Shown: positions 61,701-64,000 of the stretch, piece after piece
Numbering within the stretch: the stretch's first letter is position 1
How the letters are laid out: each line of letters opens with the position of its first letter
Assembly (NCBI GenBank): GCA_030704615.1
Contig: CM060731.1
Coordinates: 92,318,001-92,382,000, forward strand
Direction: 5' to 3'
DNA: 64,000 bases
Origin: Takakia lepidozioides
Taxonomy: Eukaryota > Plantae > Bryophyta
Translations under genes and position numbers: made by a program
The notes under the pieces: model-generated
Seen by the model: the letters and a program-made list of their open reading frames with translations, nothing else
What the model was told of the DNA's origin: nothing
Database searches by the model: none

Positions 61701-64000
61701 AAGGGTGTTTGGTGTGCAAAATGTCAGAATGAAGGCCATACCACAGCTGAATGCCACATGAAGGAGAAACACTGTACTATCTGTAAAATGGATAACCATT
61801 CTACTGAGAATTGTTATTACAACAGAAGGACGGCTGCAAGAGAACCTAGGCAAGTAAGGGTGCATCAAGTGCAGCCCCAACCAAGAAGAAACAATGATGA
61901 GGACCACTATGGTAGGCTTGGTGGTTATAACAATGGTATGGAAGGGAGAGGTAATCCAAGAGGGAATTACCAAGGCAATCCCAGAGGCAACTATCAGGGT
62001 AATCCAAGGGGGAATTACCAGCCAAGGAATCAGGATTATAGAAATAATTCCAGAGCAGATCAAGGGCGAGGACCCAATGGTGAAGAATTGTGTTACTATT
62101 GTAATCAGGCAGAACATCGTAAGGCAGCCTGTCCATTTTGGATCAGACACCTGAATGAGATGAGAGCTCCTGTGAATGAGGGCCCAGTAGTGGCAGCTCA
62201 CATGGTTAGGCCATGTTTTGTACTAGAAGTGAGTACGATGATAGTCTCTAGAAGCAAAGCTAAACTAATACCTCCAGTAGATGAGGAAGATGATGATAAT
62301 GAAGATGGTAGTGTGCCTGAAGATGATGAGGCTTGGAGAGATGAGAAGGAACTGCACAAGGAAGTGGCTGAAACCATAAGGGAAATGCAGAAGAGTATTG
62401 ATATCCCTATGGCAGATTCCTCTGATTCTGAAAGAGAAGATGAAGTGAGTGAAGATGAAGTGAAGAAAGAAGCTGAACAAGTGCAGGGTAATGAAGGGAC
62501 TTTGGCTGAAGTAATATGCCAGTCCAAAGCGGAGATTACCATTGGACAACTATTGGCTGTGGCACCTCATTGTAGGCACAGGCTGTATCAAGCAATCAAT
62601 CAGATTGCCCATGTGATAGGGAACACAGACCTGAACAGCAAGGTGACAAGCTATACTGTGAAGCCAGAAGGGCGAGAAATAGTCATGGACTTTGATGATT
62701 CTATGCCAGTAATCCAATTGAGAATTGGAAGCACAGACTTGACTGATGTACTGATAGATGGAGGCTCTGGAGTGAATATCATGACAGACCAATTAAGGCT
62801 GAAGCTTGGTCTAAGTAACATGAAACCAGCCCCATTCACAGTAACAATGGCGGATCAAAGAAGTGTTCAGCCATTAGGCTTGATAAGAGGAGTTAAGATA
62901 CAGATTCAAAAGATGATCTTTAAGATCACAGTGACTGTATTGAAAATGGATGATGTCATGGAAGCTTACTCCTTATTGTTGGGTCGACCATGGCTGAGAC
63001 AGGCCAGGGTATTCCATGACTGGAATTCCCAGTTACTAACTGTGCATGTTGGGAAGCGCAAGATACAAATCACCACTAAGAAATCTAGTAGACTACCTGC
63101 TGCGAGAAGACCTCAAGGAGTCAGAGAGTATGACTGGAGAAAAGACTTGATGAGGAGCAGGAAGCTACCCTGTTTGCTGCACACCCAGAGTGGGAGCAGG
63201 TTGCAGAAATGCAACAGGAAGGCCTAAGTTGTTTAAAAGGTATCTGCTGTGGTGTAGTAACAGCAACACCAATTGAGGGTGAAACAAGCAGTTACCCACT
63301 ACATTTCTATGAGGAAAGAGAGGGAGAAATGGAAATCCTAGAAGAACTAGCCACTGTAAGTTTACAGAATGAGGTAGTGACTGGTTGGACAATCACAGCT
63401 GATGAGCAAATGAGAGAAGTGAATGTGGGAACTGAGGAGGAACTGAGAATGGTGAAAGTAGGGGCTGACTTGGAGCCAGAATTCTTTGAGGAAGCTAAGA
63501 GTCTGTTCATCAAATACAGAGATGTATTTGCTTGGAGCTATGAGGATCTGAAAGGGATACCACCTGAGATTTGTCAGCATAAGATTGAACTGGAACCAGG
63601 GACAGTACCAATCAAACAGGCAAGGTACAGAATGAATCCCAACTATGCACAGAAGGTTGGGGAAGAGATCAAGAAGTTGGCTGAGGCTAAGTTCATATAC
63701 CCGATAGAGTATACAACATGGTTGTCATCCATTGTGATAGTTCCCAAAAAGAATGGTAAACTGAGAGTCTGTGTGAACTATAAGAAGTTGAATGCTTGTA
63801 CAAAGAAAGATCCCTTCCATTTGCCATTCACAGAAGCAGTGCTGGACACTGTGGCAGGCCATGAGATGTACTCATTCATGGATGGCTTCAGTGGGTATAA
63901 CTAAGTGCAAGTGGCAGAAGAAGACCAGAGAAAGACAGCTTTCATCACAGACTAGGGTGCCTATGCATACAAAGTCATGCCTTTTGGACTTTGTAATGCA
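58752..64000 (+). mobile_element. Ty3/Gypsy LTR retrotransposon, copy 2 (same family, different sub-lineage), runs off the window
   Basis: 5' LTR 58752-59604 (tgttagagg...gctcgaca), PBS 59607-59624, frameshifted ORF0 59498-60178, gag-protease open 60471-63227, RT start 63209-63904 ending in a stop. Confidence 0.95.
60199..64000 (+). pseudogene. gag-pol of copy 2
   Basis: 918-aa open gag-PR stretch closely similar to copy 1; frameshift ~63140; stops ~63902 and ~63953. Confidence 0.92.

Overview
Eukaryotic, plant-type genomic DNA. A non-seed land plant is likely, inferred from the transposon types and not provable from the sequence. Bases 1-28.3 kb hold an intact-looking multi-exon cytosolic homomeric acetyl-CoA carboxylase gene (ACC1, minus strand, 31 coding exons traced, last exon beyond the left edge). 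Its introns carry a near full-length LINE and most of about 14 short 3' fragments of a second LINE family that sit in (TC)n microsatellites. Bases 29-64 kb are nested transposons: a 1.7-kb foldback Mutator-like element with a 9-bp TSD, tandem arrays, hAT and CACTA transposase remnants, two unidentified spliced pseudogenes, a fragment of a C5 DNA-methyltransferase polyprotein, and two related Ty3/Gypsy LTR retrotransposons. The best candidates for new biology are: (1) the Gypsy family's extra ORF that starts inside the LTR, reads through the LTR end and primer-binding site, and shows synonymous-only divergence at its 3' end; (2) the family's ~1000-aa post-integrase ORF and a minisatellite shared between LTR and integrase tail; (3) the methyltransferase fragment; (4) the apparently (TC)n-targeting LINE. 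All alignments and counts were done by eye.
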